Positions 1 to 9,319 of a stretch of 25,796 bases of DNA are shown here, in pieces. The notes under the pieces are model-generated. The model was not told the origin of the DNA and ran no database searches. It saw only the letters and a program-made list of their open reading frames with translations. Source of the stretch: Synechococcus sp. (GTDB taxonomy: Bacteria; Cyanobacteriota; Cyanobacteriia; Thermostichales; PCC-7336); NCBI GenBank assembly GCA_051439425.1, contig JBFRWD010000058.1, positions 1-25,796 of the forward strand, in the 5' to 3' direction. Numbering within the stretch: the first letter of the stretch is position 1; every line of letters begins with the position of its first letter. The position numbers and the translations under genes were made by a program.

Positions 1-147
1 GATGACCTGACCCAATTTATGCCAATTTCTCTGGGAGCTAATACTGCTGGTACTTTTGGGGGAACGATTTTTGACGGAGATGACGCGGGGTTTTCAACTG
101 TTGATGCATTCTCCCTCTACTCTGCTGGTCTGCAAACTCTACCGTAA
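1..147 (+). CDS. Possible 3' end of a CDS entering from the left (DDLTQFMPISLGANTAGTFGG...AGLQTLP*), product unknown
   Basis: Frame 1 is open from base 1 to TAA at 145-147; too short to assign. Confidence 0.35.
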   Translation, partial: DDLTQFMPISLGANTAGTFGGTIFDGDDAGFSTVDAFSLYSAGLQTLP

Positions 148-263
148 TCCTGCGCTGAAACAACACATATTGCAGTCGCCCTTCATGTTTGGACAGTGCT
201 CTGAAGACAGAATCGGGAGCCTCTCAAAGAAAGTCAAAGGGATGGAGAGTCTAGCGTAAGCGG

Positions 264-406
264 TATTGTTTACGGCGGGTCGATTCCCCGCTGCTCGCAG
301 CATTCGTAGCAGCAGCATCCGAAGGGAGCTGCTGAACGAAGATGAGCCGCAAAGCGGGTGAGCGAAGTGAAGTGATACCCCGTCCCTTGGGGCGGGGATG
401 TTCATT
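264..406 (-). mobile_element. Non-autonomous IS200/IS605-like palindromic mini-element
   Basis: Minus strand starts AATGAACATCCCCGCCCCAAGGGACGGGGTATC (hairpin 378-397) and ends GCTGCGAGCAGCGGGGAATCGACCCG. These resemble the subterminal hairpin ends of IS200/IS605-family elements. No transposase inside; internal hairpin at 303-340. Confidence 0.6.
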
Positions 407-757
407 CAAACGCCTCGGAATCTCCGCGCGGTCAACAAGTTTTTCCGTAAACTGATCAAACCACAAGTTGCACCTTCGAGAGTAGTCGTTACAAGCAAAC
501 TCAGAAGTTACGGAGCTACTGTGAAGAGGATACTCAAAGTAGTAGGGGATAAGCAGAATAGGGGTTGAACAACCGATCCGAAAGTCCTTACCATCTAACA
601 AGATTGAAAGAAAAACGGATGGGTCGGTTCAAATCTCTCGGACAGGCACAACAGTTTTTGGCTGAAATAGAACCAATAAGAGATTATTTTTATATCCATT
701 AGCACAAACTCTCGGCAATATAATTTCGAGAAACGATAAGTCATCGCTTCAAGAGCT
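407..757 (+). pseudogene. IS6-family DDE transposase remnant (C-terminal half)
   Basis: Manual translation: RNLRAVNKFFRKLIK..SRVVVTSKLRSYGA, frameshift near 560-565, then LNNRSE..RLKEKRMGRFKSLGQAQQFL..IRDYF..H*HKLSAI*FRETISHRFKS. Matches the IS6 motifs TDKLRSYGAA, LNNRAE and MKRFKS..AQRFL. One frameshift and two in-frame stops. Confidence 0.85.
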
Positions 758-760
758 GTA

Positions 761-847
761 GCAATCCGCAGTAAGGTCTGGAGCGCGAGGACAGTCAAAC
801 CCTCGATCTACAGGAAAAATAGCTAGAGTATCTCCATAGCTGATTGC
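761..847 (+). repeat. ~90-bp MITE-like dispersed repeat, copy 1
   Basis: GCAATCCGCAGTAAGGTCTGGAG...CTCCATAGCTGATTGC; imperfect terminal inverted repeats; aligns with copies at 6570, 19318 and 22802. Confidence 0.85.
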
Positions 848-861
848 CTAGCGCTATATAT

Positions 862-886
862 AAAAAGTGGGGGATTTCTCCCCCAC
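862..886 (-). terminator. Intrinsic terminator downstream of the OYE gene
   Basis: Perfect 8-bp stem GTGGGGGA-tttc-TCCCCCAC (867-886) with an A5 tract at 862-866 (U-tract on the minus strand). Confidence 0.75.
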
Positions 887-917
887 ATAAATTTGTCCCG
901 CTTCCCATACAATTGCT

Positions 918-2030
918 TCAGGATATCGCTGCTACATCCAAGGCAGGATAGTCCGTGTATCCTTCCGCGCTGCCACCGTAATACGTAGATGGATCGGGGC
1001 TATTGAGTTCGGCATTCAATTTAAAGCGCTTGGGCAAATCTGGATTGGCAATAAACGACTGACCGAACGCCACCAGGTCGATCGCCCCCGAGGCAATCGC
1101 CTCATTCCCTTTCTGGCGATCGTAACCACCATTGGTCATCACCAGCCCATTGAAAATAGCTCGATAGCGACTGGCCGGAATAAACATACCGCCGTATCTC
1201 AGATCCGCCTCATCCGCCTCGCGAATATGCAGGTATGCCAAATTGAAGTGATTGAGGGACTCCACCGCATAGTCAAATGTGGCCACCGTATCGGAATCGC
1301 TCATATCGTTGAACGTCCCGCCTGGAGATAGCCGCACCCCCACGCGATCGCCCCCCCAAACATCCACCACCGCTTGGGTAACTTCCTGCAACAGGCGCAA
1401 GCGGTTTTCTAGCGATCCCCCATAGCGATCGGTTCGCTGGTTGGAACCATCCCGTAAAAATTGATCGAGTAAGTAGCCATTGGCGCTATGCACCTCAACA
1501 CCATCAAAGCCTGCTGCCAAAGCATTTTGCGCCGCTAGACGGTAATCCTGAATAATGCCGGGAATCTCGTCTAATTCGAGCGCCCGAGGAATGGCAAAAT
1601 CCTGCATTCCCTCGTAGGTCATCGCCTGTCCGGTTGAAGGGGCAATCGCCGAAGGGGCGACAGGTAGCTTTCCATCGGGTTGCAACGACGGATGGGAAAT
1701 ACGGCCCACATGCCACAACTGCAGAAAGATCCGACCACCCTCTTCGTGCACGGCATCTGTCACTAGCTTCCATCCTTCAACCTGCTCGGCGGAATGGATA
1801 CCCGGTGTGCGAGGATAGCCCACCCCCTGCGGAGAAATCTGCGAGGCCTCTGTAATGATGAGACCGGCAGAAGAGCGTTGCCGATAATAGGTGGCATTTA
1901 ACTCGTGCGGAACATTGCCCTCCCCAGCTCGGTTGCGAGTGAGGGGAGCCATTACGATGCGATTGGATAGGCGATACGGCCCCAACTGGATGGGGGATAA
2001 CAGAGGCACTGCTGAATCTGAAACAGTCAT
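918..2030 (-). CDS. Old yellow enzyme / NemA-like alkene reductase (FMN)
   Basis: NRIVMAPLTRNRA, IFLQLWHVGRISH, GFDGVEVHSANGYLLDQFL, NQRTDRYGGSLENR motifs. Start set at ATG 2030 (AGGA upstream). Confidence 0.93.
   Translation of the reverse strand: MTVSDSAVPLLSPIQLGPYRLSNRIVMAPLTRNRAGEGNVPHELNATYYRQRSSAGLIITEASQISPQGVGYPRTPGIHSAEQVEGWKLVTDAVHEEGGRIFLQLWHVGRISHPSLQPDGKLPVAPSAIAPSTGQAMTYEGMQDFAIPRALELDEIPGIIQDYRLAAQNALAAGFDGVEVHSANGYLLDQFLRDGSNQRTDRYGGSLENRLRLLQEVTQAVVDVWGGDRVGVRLSPGGTFNDMSDSDTVATFDYAVESLNHFNLAYLHIREADEADLRYGGMFIPASRYRAIFNGLVMTNGGYDRQKGNEAIASGAIDLVAFGQSFIANPDLPKRFKLNAELNSPDPSTYYGGSAEGYTDYPALDVAAIS
1344..1351. repeat. HIP1 octamer GCGATCGC (representative; many copies across the window, e.g. 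4603, 5451, 8107, 10907)
   Basis: Directly visible and strongly over-represented; hallmark of cyanobacterial genomes. Confidence 0.9.
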
Positions 2031-2178
2031 GGTGAAATTTCCTATGCGAACGTTTAAAGCGCTTGCCATTTCAGCTAGAACAACGATTTCCAAAAGAATC
2101 AGAACAATTTGATGAACCGGATATGGAAATGCGCCAATGTGGTTAGACCGAGTAACGGGATCGAACCCATTCGAGCAA

Positions 2179-2526
2179 TTAAACCGAAGGGGTTGTCCGA
2201 ACCTGGGCAGCGAGCTTCTGCGCTAGTTCTGCTTTAGGGACAATCCCTTGAATGCGATCGACAATCTCGCCATCGCGGAAAATCATCAGAGTCGGAATAC
2301 TGCGAATGCGGAATTCTGTAGCCGTGTCGGGATGCTCGTCAACATTGAGTTTGACGATCTTAATTTGACCGGAAAATTCGTCCGCCAATTCTTGAAGAGT
2401 CGGCGCAATCGCGCGACAAGGGCCGCACCACGGAGCCCAGAAATCCACCAACACCGGCTCGGTATTAGTCAAAACCTCTTCAACAAATGTGTCGGTCGAG
2501 ACCGCCTGAATCTTTGTGGGTACCAC
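2179..2526 (-). CDS. trxA: Thioredoxin
   Basis: [13 protein letters not shown] active site and SIPTL cis-Pro motif; GTG start at 2526 preceded by AAGGAGG. Confidence 0.93.
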   Translation of the reverse strand: MVPTKIQAVSTDTFVEEVLTNTEPVLVDFWAPWCGPCRAIAPTLQELADEFSGQIKIVKLNVDEHPDTATEFRIRSIPTLMIFRDGEIVDRIQGIVPKAELAQKLAAQVRTTPSV

Positions 2527-2711
2527 GATAGGACCTCCTTTGGATACTCGCTCCATCCTCATGCAGGATGCTGCCGTTGGCGCATGAAGCAACAGACGAA
2601 CGGAGCATTGAGATGAAATACAACGGTTGAATCAATAGCCATGGACTCGGCGAACGCGACGCCGCTGGGTCTTGCACCAGCCAGCGATCGCCTTACGATC
2701 GAGCGAGCGAC

Positions 2712-3356
2712 TTACAGCGCCCGTAAAGCGGCTGCAATATCGGCGGGGTCGAGACGCTTCGTGTAGTCAGCATCGACAAAGGCGTGGGCAACCGTGCCAT
2801 CGGTTGCAATGACATAGGTAGCAGCGATGGGCAACTCGAAGGTTTCATCACCATTGTGCGCGGGGAGATCGATACCAAACCCCGTGTAAATCGGGCGCAG
2901 ATTTTCGGGCAACTGGAACACCAACCCGTAGTCCCGGGCCACGCGGTTGCCTACATCGCTGAGCACTTCAAAGGTCAGCTCGTTCTTCTCAACCGTCGAT
3001 AGCGAATTATCGGGGGTTTGAGGGGAAATCGCCACCAACGTTGCACCCGCGGCACTAATGTCGGGGAAGGCTTGCTGCAGCGCCCTCAGCTCTAGGTTGC
3101 AGTACGGACACCATTGGCCGCGATAAAAGCTCAGCACAACTGGCCCCTGACTCAGTAACTGACTGAGCTGAATGGTTGTGCCTGTTGCATTCGGCAAGGT
3201 GAAATCGGGGGCAGTCGATCCGCTAGAGATGGCTGCCTCCAGAATTCCGGAAGTCGCCAATTCGACGGTAGCCGTGCTCATGCTGTCGCGCACATCCTGG
3301 GGGAGCTGCGCGACGATGTCGGCCTGCTGCTGAGCAAGAGTATCGGTAAGACTCAC
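2712..3356 (-). CDS. Peroxiredoxin-like (AhpC/TSA, PRX_like2) protein
   Basis: APDFTLP, VVLSFYRGQWCPYCNLEL, LVAISP, ELPIAATYVI motifs. Confidence 0.9.
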   Translation of the reverse strand: MSLTDTLAQQQADIVAQLPQDVRDSMSTATVELATSGILEAAISSGSTAPDFTLPNATGTTIQLSQLLSQGPVVLSFYRGQWCPYCNLELRALQQAFPDISAAGATLVAISPQTPDNSLSTVEKNELTFEVLSDVGNRVARDYGLVFQLPENLRPIYTGFGIDLPAHNGDETFELPIAATYVIATDGTVAHAFVDADYTKRLDPADIAAALRAL

Positions 3357-3452
3357 AATCGAACCTCGAAATTAATATGTAACGGCTGTTGCTGGTGACA
3401 TGCCCTACGGACATCCGACCCGGAAAGAGCCTTCCACCAATCACTCAATCCA

Positions 3453-3476
3453 TTAGTTAAACAAGTACTTAACTAA
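3453..3476. promoter_or_regulatory. Candidate ArsR/SmtB-type operator
   Basis: TTAGTTAA-acaagtac-TTAACTAA inverted repeat in the divergent region; degenerate second copy AGTCAAGCAGTTATTTAAGT near 3501-3520. Confidence 0.6.
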
Positions 3477-3766
3477 AATAGTAATCAGAGGAGTCGATCA
3501 AGTCAAGCAGTTATTTAAGTATTAAACTTGAAGTAGTGATTCACTGCAGGGCGAACGTGATTCATGCCCCTTGACTCCACTGTTGGGGAAAAATCGCTGT
3601 ATTAACTGAGCATTGAATGAGAACATCCTTAGAAGCACAGCAATCACTCGATCGCTTGCTTTCGGTATGGCGATCGTCTGTTCTTCAACACGTTCGGGCG
3701 GCACGATATCCAACCCCTTAAAAGCTTGAGTTGCCTTCCCCTGTCTCCCTCCACCTCGTGAGTGTT

Positions 3767-4093
3767 ATGTCCTCTTTAGACGATTGCGTATACGAATCAC
3801 TCACCACCGCCCCCGCCCTCGATACCACCGAGGCACGGGCCAAGATTTTTAATGCCCTAGCCGACCCGACGCGCTTGCGTATTGTTGAAATCCTGCTGAC
3901 AGAGGGAGAACTGAGCAGCACTGACATTGCCAACAAGCTCGACATCAGCTTGGCGTTGCTGTGCCATCACTCCAAAGTGTTGATCGAAGCGGGTGTTCTG
4001 ACCCTACGCAAACAGGGACAAACAAAATTTCGGTCGGTCAATCGCGCTTTACTGAAGGCCTGCTTCGATCGCCTGCAGGCCTTAGATTCTTAG
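3767..4093 (+). CDS. ArsR/SmtB family transcriptional regulator
   Basis: IFNALADPTRLRIVEIL, HTH (STDIANKLDISLALLCHHSKVL), wing RKQGQ. Start codon uncertain (3731/3758/3767). Confidence 0.9.
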   Translation: MSSLDDCVYESLTTAPALDTTEARAKIFNALADPTRLRIVEILLTEGELSSTDIANKLDISLALLCHHSKVLIEAGVLTLRKQGQTKFRSVNRALLKACFDRLQALDS

Positions 4094-4156
4094 GCACTTG
4101 TCCGGTTTGCGGGAGGACAACAGTCAAAACGAAAACAAGGAATCCCCATCCGCTGA

Positions 4157-4858
4157 CTAGCAACGGGCCTTCTGAATCGATTCGGCTACGTCAGAATAGC
4201 GATCGCGTTGCTCTAATTGCCAGTACAGATTTGCGGCCTGACTCCAGTCTTGGCAGGCCCCAGCAGTGTTCTCTAGCTGATGGTGGGCATTGCCTCGTAA
4301 CAAATAAGCAGCTGCAAAATCTGGATTGATGGAAATCGCGTGGGAGGCATCCCCAATAGCCTCGTGCAGTTGCCCCACCTGCAAATGGGACATGGCCCGT
4401 CCGACAAAATTTGCCGCATCAGTGTTGGCAATTCCGTTACTCAACTCCAACGCTCGCGTGTAATCAGAAATGGCTGCGTGGGGTTGCTGTGATGACAAAT
4501 GGGCGGTACCGCGCAGAGAGAACGCCTGAGGAGCACTGTCATCAAGTTGAATCGCTTGGGTGTAGTAGGAAATCGCCCCAACATAATCCCCGCCGGTAAA
4601 CCGCGATCGCCCAATATCCAAAAAGCGTTCGTAAGAACTAATCGAGATTACCGTTCGCTGGTTTGCTGGGGGTTCTCGTAGTTCGTCTTCTAGGTCGCGG
4701 CAACGAACCCCAAACTCTCCGTCCACTCGACAGACCGTACCGGTGGGCATCTGCGCCACAGCCTTAGGTAAGTGTTTGCCCAGCAGGCCAACTGCAGCCG
4801 TGGCAATACCTGATAATGTTATCGACGCAATGGCGATAGCCAATCCCCGACTCTGCAT
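4157..4858 (-). CDS. Tetratricopeptide repeat protein with N-terminal signal/TM segment
   Basis: Repeated GAISYYTQAIQLD / AAISDYTRALEL / EAIGDASHAISINPDFAAAYLLRG helices. Confidence 0.85.
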   Translation of the reverse strand: MQSRGLAIAIASITLSGIATAAVGLLGKHLPKAVAQMPTGTVCRVDGEFGVRCRDLEDELREPPANQRTVISISSYERFLDIGRSRFTGGDYVGAISYYTQAIQLDDSAPQAFSLRGTAHLSSQQPHAAISDYTRALELSNGIANTDAANFVGRAMSHLQVGQLHEAIGDASHAISINPDFAAAYLLRGNAHHQLENTAGACQDWSQAANLYWQLEQRDRYSDVAESIQKARC

Positions 4859-5078
4859 GCCCCAATGTCCTCACTCACTTTCAAGATAGCCCTGGAGCCT
4901 AAAAATGGAGCAGTAGCTAGCAAAATTCTATAAAGACTGGCAGACAAAAAGTAGCAACCGGTGTTACCTCTTCCCGCAATTATCTCAAGCGGAAGACAAA
5001 AGCTCTCTCAAGCTACCTGCAAATACCCATAACTCGATGGCGTCATTTAACCCGCTCGATTGAACAACAACCATCGAG

Positions 5079-5723
5079 CTAATTCTGAGGATTGGCGCGA
5101 GATTGAGCGCTGGCCATTTCGATGGCTACAGCCGACGAAATCCGCGGACTGCTAACCTTCCATAACGACTGTCGTCCCTGCCGTCCGGCCCGACTAAACG
5201 ACCACGATTGCCACTGACAATCACCTGCAGATTTCACCCGAGACAGCAGCGTATTGGGCTTGAGGCCGGTAATGGAACAGACCTGTCCGGTGGTCAACAG
5301 CCACAGCCGGGCCGCACAATCATCCAAAAACTCGAACCGCTGGCGTAATTGCGGTACTGACAGCGACTCGCCAATATTTTCTTCCGAATAGCTATTGGTG
5401 CGAACGATCGCCGAGCGGGAGGCCAATGCCTGTTGAGACGGAATTTGCAAGCGATCGCCTGGATGGCGAGACAGCTCGTGATGGGGGAGCACATCGGGCA
5501 GCATAGCACCGGGGAAGTTTTCCAGTTTTCCTCCAGCAACCAAATGTCGGTTGAGGGCATCCAGAATCGAAATATCTTGCGCCTCAATCTGGCCGTGGCG
5601 ATCGACACCATCGGGGCTGGGGTACACCTGAATGTCCAGATACATTAACCAACGCATCAATTCTTCGAGATCGGTGAGATAGCGTTTCTGCAAATCCAGC
5701 AGGGAGTATCGGCTATTGCCCAT
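5079..5723 (-). CDS. Hypothetical protein, C-terminus possibly winged-HTH-like
   Basis: 214-aa ATG ORF filling the gap; WLLTTGQVCSITGLKPNTL...FSRAGRQGRQSLWKV segment. Confidence 0.7.
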   Translation of the reverse strand: MGNSRYSLLDLQKRYLTDLEELMRWLMYLDIQVYPSPDGVDRHGQIEAQDISILDALNRHLVAGGKLENFPGAMLPDVLPHHELSRHPGDRLQIPSQQALASRSAIVRTNSYSEENIGESLSVPQLRQRFEFLDDCAARLWLLTTGQVCSITGLKPNTLLSRVKSAGDCQWQSWSFSRAGRQGRQSLWKVSSPRISSAVAIEMASAQSRANPQN

Positions 5724-5940
5724 AGAAGCACCGACTGCGTGACATTCTAAATTTCAATCTTAGTCAGATTTGTAGTGGGGAGTGGCAAATTGTATCCTTC
5801 CCGTTACACACTGCCAAATCTCCTTACACCAGTGGACGTTTGTGCCCTCCAAGCACAGTGGGGCAGCTGTTTTTAAAACCAGCTACTTGCTCCATTCGAG
5901 CGAACGAAACGGTTCACCTGCTTCATGTTTTGCAATGTTC

Positions 5941-5971
5941 GACAGTCTGTCTATTGCTACGACTGAGTGTC
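5941..5971. promoter_or_regulatory. Tandem GAC-N5-GTC palindromes upstream of petJ (candidate PetR boxes)
   Basis: GACAGTCTGTC (5941-5951) and GACTGAGTGTC (5961-5971), 20-bp period. Confidence 0.5.
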
Positions 5972-6097
5972 ATTGGCCAATAATTGCCACGTTTGACGTC
6001 TGCCAGGTTTGAAGTCTGTCAGATTTGTCTTCTGTAGAGCTTGTCAGACAGTTTGTGTTGCGCGTTTGAGGAAACCACTGTGAGACCCCCGATCGAT

Positions 6098-6436
6098 ATG
6101 AGAAAACTGGTCACGATCGTTTGCATTGCCCTGACTGCAGTTACGTTATTCTTCTCGTCTCCTGCTAGCGCCGAGCCCGATTTGGCAATCGGTAAGCAGG
6201 TGTTTGGTGCCAACTGCGTTGCTTGCCACAAAGGTGGCGCTAACTTGGTTATGGCCAGCAAGAATCTGAAGAAGGCGACTCTGGCCCAGTACGGTATGGA
6301 TTCTATGGATGCCATCCAAACTCAGGTCGCTAGAGGTAAAAACGCGATGCCCGCATTTTCTGGCCGTCTCGATCCCCACCAAATTGAATCTGTCGCTGCT
6401 TACGTGTTGGCTCAGGCGGATGCTGATTGGAAATAG
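6098..6436 (+). CDS. petJ: Cytochrome c6
   Basis: Signal peptide ending ASA, CVACH heme motif, QVARGKNAMPAF with axial Met. Confidence 0.93.
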   Translation: MRKLVTIVCIALTAVTLFFSSPASAEPDLAIGKQVFGANCVACHKGGANLVMASKNLKKATLAQYGMDSMDAIQTQVARGKNAMPAFSGRLDPHQIESVAAYVLAQADADWK

Positions 6437-6490
6437 CTCCCTATCTATGGATTCGAGGCTAATCTGACAATACTGATGAAACTAAAAGTG

Positions 6491-6520
6491 GCGATGTTCT
6501 TGAAGCATCGCTGTTTTTTT
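6491..6520 (+). terminator. Intrinsic terminator after petJ
   Basis: GCGATG...CATCGC stem (6491-6511) followed by T7. Confidence 0.7.
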
Positions 6521-6569
6521 GGCGAGATTGGCTAAGAGTATTCTGAATCACTCGCTCCTGTCGCTCTAA

Positions 6570-6659
6570 GCAATCCGCGATGGAGAGTTCTCCAATCATC
6601 TCTCCTTATGGGATAAGACGTTGAGGCGTCTCCCGACTCTAGACCTTACAGCGGGTTGC
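6570..6659 (-). repeat. ~90-bp MITE-like dispersed repeat, copy 2 (inverted)
   Basis: Reverse complement reads GCAACCCGCTGTAAGGTCTAGAG...CTCTCCATCGCGGATTGC. Confidence 0.8.
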
Positions 6660-6886
6660 CATACATTCCCCGGCAAGCATATTTTGCAGACTGGGCCTGA
6701 CGTTGCGATGAGTACAGAGTTACATCCTGTAACTGAAAGAGCGCTTAAGACTTCCGCTACATATACTGGTTTTTGTCTGAATCTGACCAAAGATGAAGGC
6801 ATATGTGGTGCTCGATCGCGCAGGATGTCGGCCTGTAATTAAGCGGCGACCGCCCTAGAACTTGTTGACCTACTAGAGATAACGCC

Positions 6887-7816
6887 GTGACCGCTCAGCC
6901 AGGGTTGTTTTCAGGGATCTCCCGCTTTTTCACCAAGATCGATTATTTATTCAGAGAAACCCTATTGGGCTTGCGGCGAGGTGGCTGGCTAAACTGGGCC
7001 GCGGTCAGCACGTTGATGGTGCTGCTGTTCTTGGTGGGCATTAGCTTGCAGCTATCGTGGGGGCTGGATAATACGCTGGACTCCCTCGGCTCTCAGGTGG
7101 AAATTTCCGTGTTTTTGGAGCCGGAGGTAAGTGCGGACGCGATTGAACCGTCGATCGCCGCACTGGATGGAGTAGCAGGGTTTTCTACTATTTCCAAAGA
7201 TGATGCCTTTAACGAGTTGCTGTTAGCGATGGGGGAAGATAACCCCGAACGAACGGCAGAGGATTTAGGCAGCAACCCTCTAGTCGATAGTTTCAGAGTC
7301 CAGGTGGCATCGACGGATCGGCTAGATACGATTGCCACCACTCTGCAAAACATTGAGGGAGTGGATGAAGTGTATTACGGCAGCGAAGTGGTAAAGCGGC
7401 TGGGGCAGCTTCAGAGTGGACTGGGATTGGGCACAATCGCCATTACGGGAGGGTTAACTCTGACCACTGTGGCAGTCATCACCACGACGATCCGACTAAT
7501 TGTGATGGCCCGCCGCCGCGAGATTGAAGTTATGTCGTTGGTCGGGGCCACCTCCACCTGGATTTACATGCCGTTTATCTTGCAAGGAGTATTCTTCGGA
7601 GTAATTGGAGCGTTAGCGGCTTGGGGAATGGTGTTGGGGTCGCAAAAATTGCTGACGGATGTGCTGGCCAATGTGTTGGCAATGCCGTTTTTGAGCATCT
7701 CTAGCGCCCCATCGGGAATGACTCTGGCCCTACTTCCGCTAATTTTGCTGGGAATTGGCACAGTGCTGGGAGCCACAGGCAGCTTATTTGCGGTCCGAAA
7801 GACAGCAATTCGCTAG
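6887..7816 (+). CDS. ftsX: Cell division permease FtsX
   Basis: N-terminal TM, periplasmic domain with NPLVDS, TTIRLIVMARRREIEVMSLVGAT..I.MPFILQG signature. Confidence 0.92.
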   Translation: MTAQPGLFSGISRFFTKIDYLFRETLLGLRRGGWLNWAAVSTLMVLLFLVGISLQLSWGLDNTLDSLGSQVEISVFLEPEVSADAIEPSIAALDGVAGFSTISKDDAFNELLLAMGEDNPERTAEDLGSNPLVDSFRVQVASTDRLDTIATTLQNIEGVDEVYYGSEVVKRLGQLQSGLGLGTIAITGGLTLTTVAVITTTIRLIVMARRREIEVMSLVGATSTWIYMPFILQGVFFGVIGALAAWGMVLGSQKLLTDVLANVLAMPFLSISSAPSGMTLALLPLILLGIGTVLGATGSLFAVRKTAIR

Positions 7817-7880
7817 TCACCCCCAATCGATATCAAAGTCCGAGACAATCATCGAGCTCCCTAACATTGCCAGACGCAAT

Positions 7881-8711
7881 CTACAACTCTCCACCCGACT
7901 CAGCAAGCACTAGCAACGTTCCGCCAACAGTTGCCACTGGCAAAATCAATAAGTTGAGTATGGGGACAGTAAAGACAATAAACGTCACTACACCAAACCC
8001 CAACAACAATGACAAATTCTGGCGCACGAACCCCAACTTGCGATTGAGAGAATAGCCACGCAGTCCCAACGCAGGGTCCACCATATCGAGAGTGGTCAGA
8101 AAAATCGCGATCGCTACTGACGGTAACGTCCCCACTCCAGGCAGAATCAGACTGACTCCCACTAACAACACCAAAACACCAAGCTGCAGCCCCAACCCTT
8201 TGGCCACCTCCCACAATGAAGCCAACAGCCCCAGTCCTTCATCCGTCACTCTGCCGCGCACCAGCTTTTCGGTGTGCATGGACATGGCATCGCGGAAGGG
8301 GCCGGACAGAATACCCACCAATGGCAGAAACAGGATGTAGCAAAGGATAATTGCCGCGATCGCTATTGCCGAGCTACCAACCGCTTCAGCCGCAACCGCC
8401 AACCATCGGGGAACGTTGGCCAGCCAATCTCCTACACGTTCATTGAAAAAACGCACCGCAAACCAGATCGCCCCAGCAACACTTCCACCCGTCATGGCAA
8501 TCGGAAAAAGACCCAAAAGCTGTAGGCGAGGCGATCGCAAGAACATTCGGAGCCCTGCTAAGCCAAACCGCAACCCCATCCAAAATTTGAAACACGGGCC
8601 GCGCTGGGGATCGTAGCGATCGAGAAGGGGAAGTTGCATTGCAACTGTAGTTGCATCGGGCTGCTGTAGTGGATTGGGAGATTGCGATGATCTGTTTGAG
8701 GCAGTAGACAC
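7881..8711 (-). CDS. EI24/CysZ-like membrane protein
   Basis: Multi-TM; ILSGPFRDAMS..TEK and VPILNLLILPVATVGGT motifs typical of EI24/CysZ. Confidence 0.75.
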   Translation of the reverse strand: MSTASNRSSQSPNPLQQPDATTVAMQLPLLDRYDPQRGPCFKFWMGLRFGLAGLRMFLRSPRLQLLGLFPIAMTGGSVAGAIWFAVRFFNERVGDWLANVPRWLAVAAEAVGSSAIAIAAIILCYILFLPLVGILSGPFRDAMSMHTEKLVRGRVTDEGLGLLASLWEVAKGLGLQLGVLVLLVGVSLILPGVGTLPSVAIAIFLTTLDMVDPALGLRGYSLNRKLGFVRQNLSLLLGFGVVTFIVFTVPILNLLILPVATVGGTLLVLAESGGEL

Positions 8712-8866
8712 GGTGCGGACAATGCAAATAACTTGGATTATTCTGGCACTTTGCTGGATGGCTTATCCTGTTGATTGTGAAGGCTGGCTACACGCTTTAT
8801 TTCAGCAATCCATTTGCCCTCGCGACTCTTTTCGTTCTGTCAATTCTTGCGCCGAAATTTCTTGCA

Positions 8867-9181
8867 ATGCCGACCTCAGTCACCTGCGCCCTCTGCGATC
8901 GCCACGTCCCCAAACTCACCAAGCATCACCTCATCCCCCGCACCCAACATAAGTATTACCGACTCAAAAAGGGATACAGTCGCGACCAACTCAATCAGAC
9001 GGTTCCCCTATGTCCTGCTTGCCATAAAAACGTGCACGCTACCATTAGTGAAAAAGAACTAGCTAGTGCTTACAATACCGTCGGTACCTTGCAACATCAC
9101 CCCGAGATTTCGAAATTTACCGAGTGGGTGCGCACCAAGCGAGGCAATCTCAAAGTTTCCTTCTGCCGTCGGCGCAGATGA
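8867..9181 (+). CDS. Small HNH-type (Zn-binding) endonuclease-like protein
   Basis: CALC..LTKHHLIP....LCPACHKNVH; start set at ATG 8867. Confidence 0.8.
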   Translation: MPTSVTCALCDRHVPKLTKHHLIPRTQHKYYRLKKGYSRDQLNQTVPLCPACHKNVHATISEKELASAYNTVGTLQHHPEISKFTEWVRTKRGNLKVSFCRRRR

Positions 9182-9319
9182 CAAAGCTCGCCACCCATCT
9201 CCCTCCAAATTGGGCGATAAAGCAAGTTTGCTGAAAACGGTAAATGCCTCCACTTGCCTCCCTCACGACACCACCCGATTTGTTCGTCATACTAGAAGTA
9301 GTTAGTACGTTCTTGTCGA

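Noticed and set aside
56..798. Short ORFs 56-259, 139-405, 251-601 and 595-798
   Set aside because: They overlap or lie antisense to mobile-element remnants and have no recognisable motifs.
2138..2176. tRNA T-arm-like GGGTTCGATCCC on the minus strand
   Set aside because: No cloverleaf or acceptor stem; probably a simple intergenic hairpin.
6887..7816. ftsX without adjacent ftsE
   Set aside because: Unlinked ftsE and ftsX is common in cyanobacteria.
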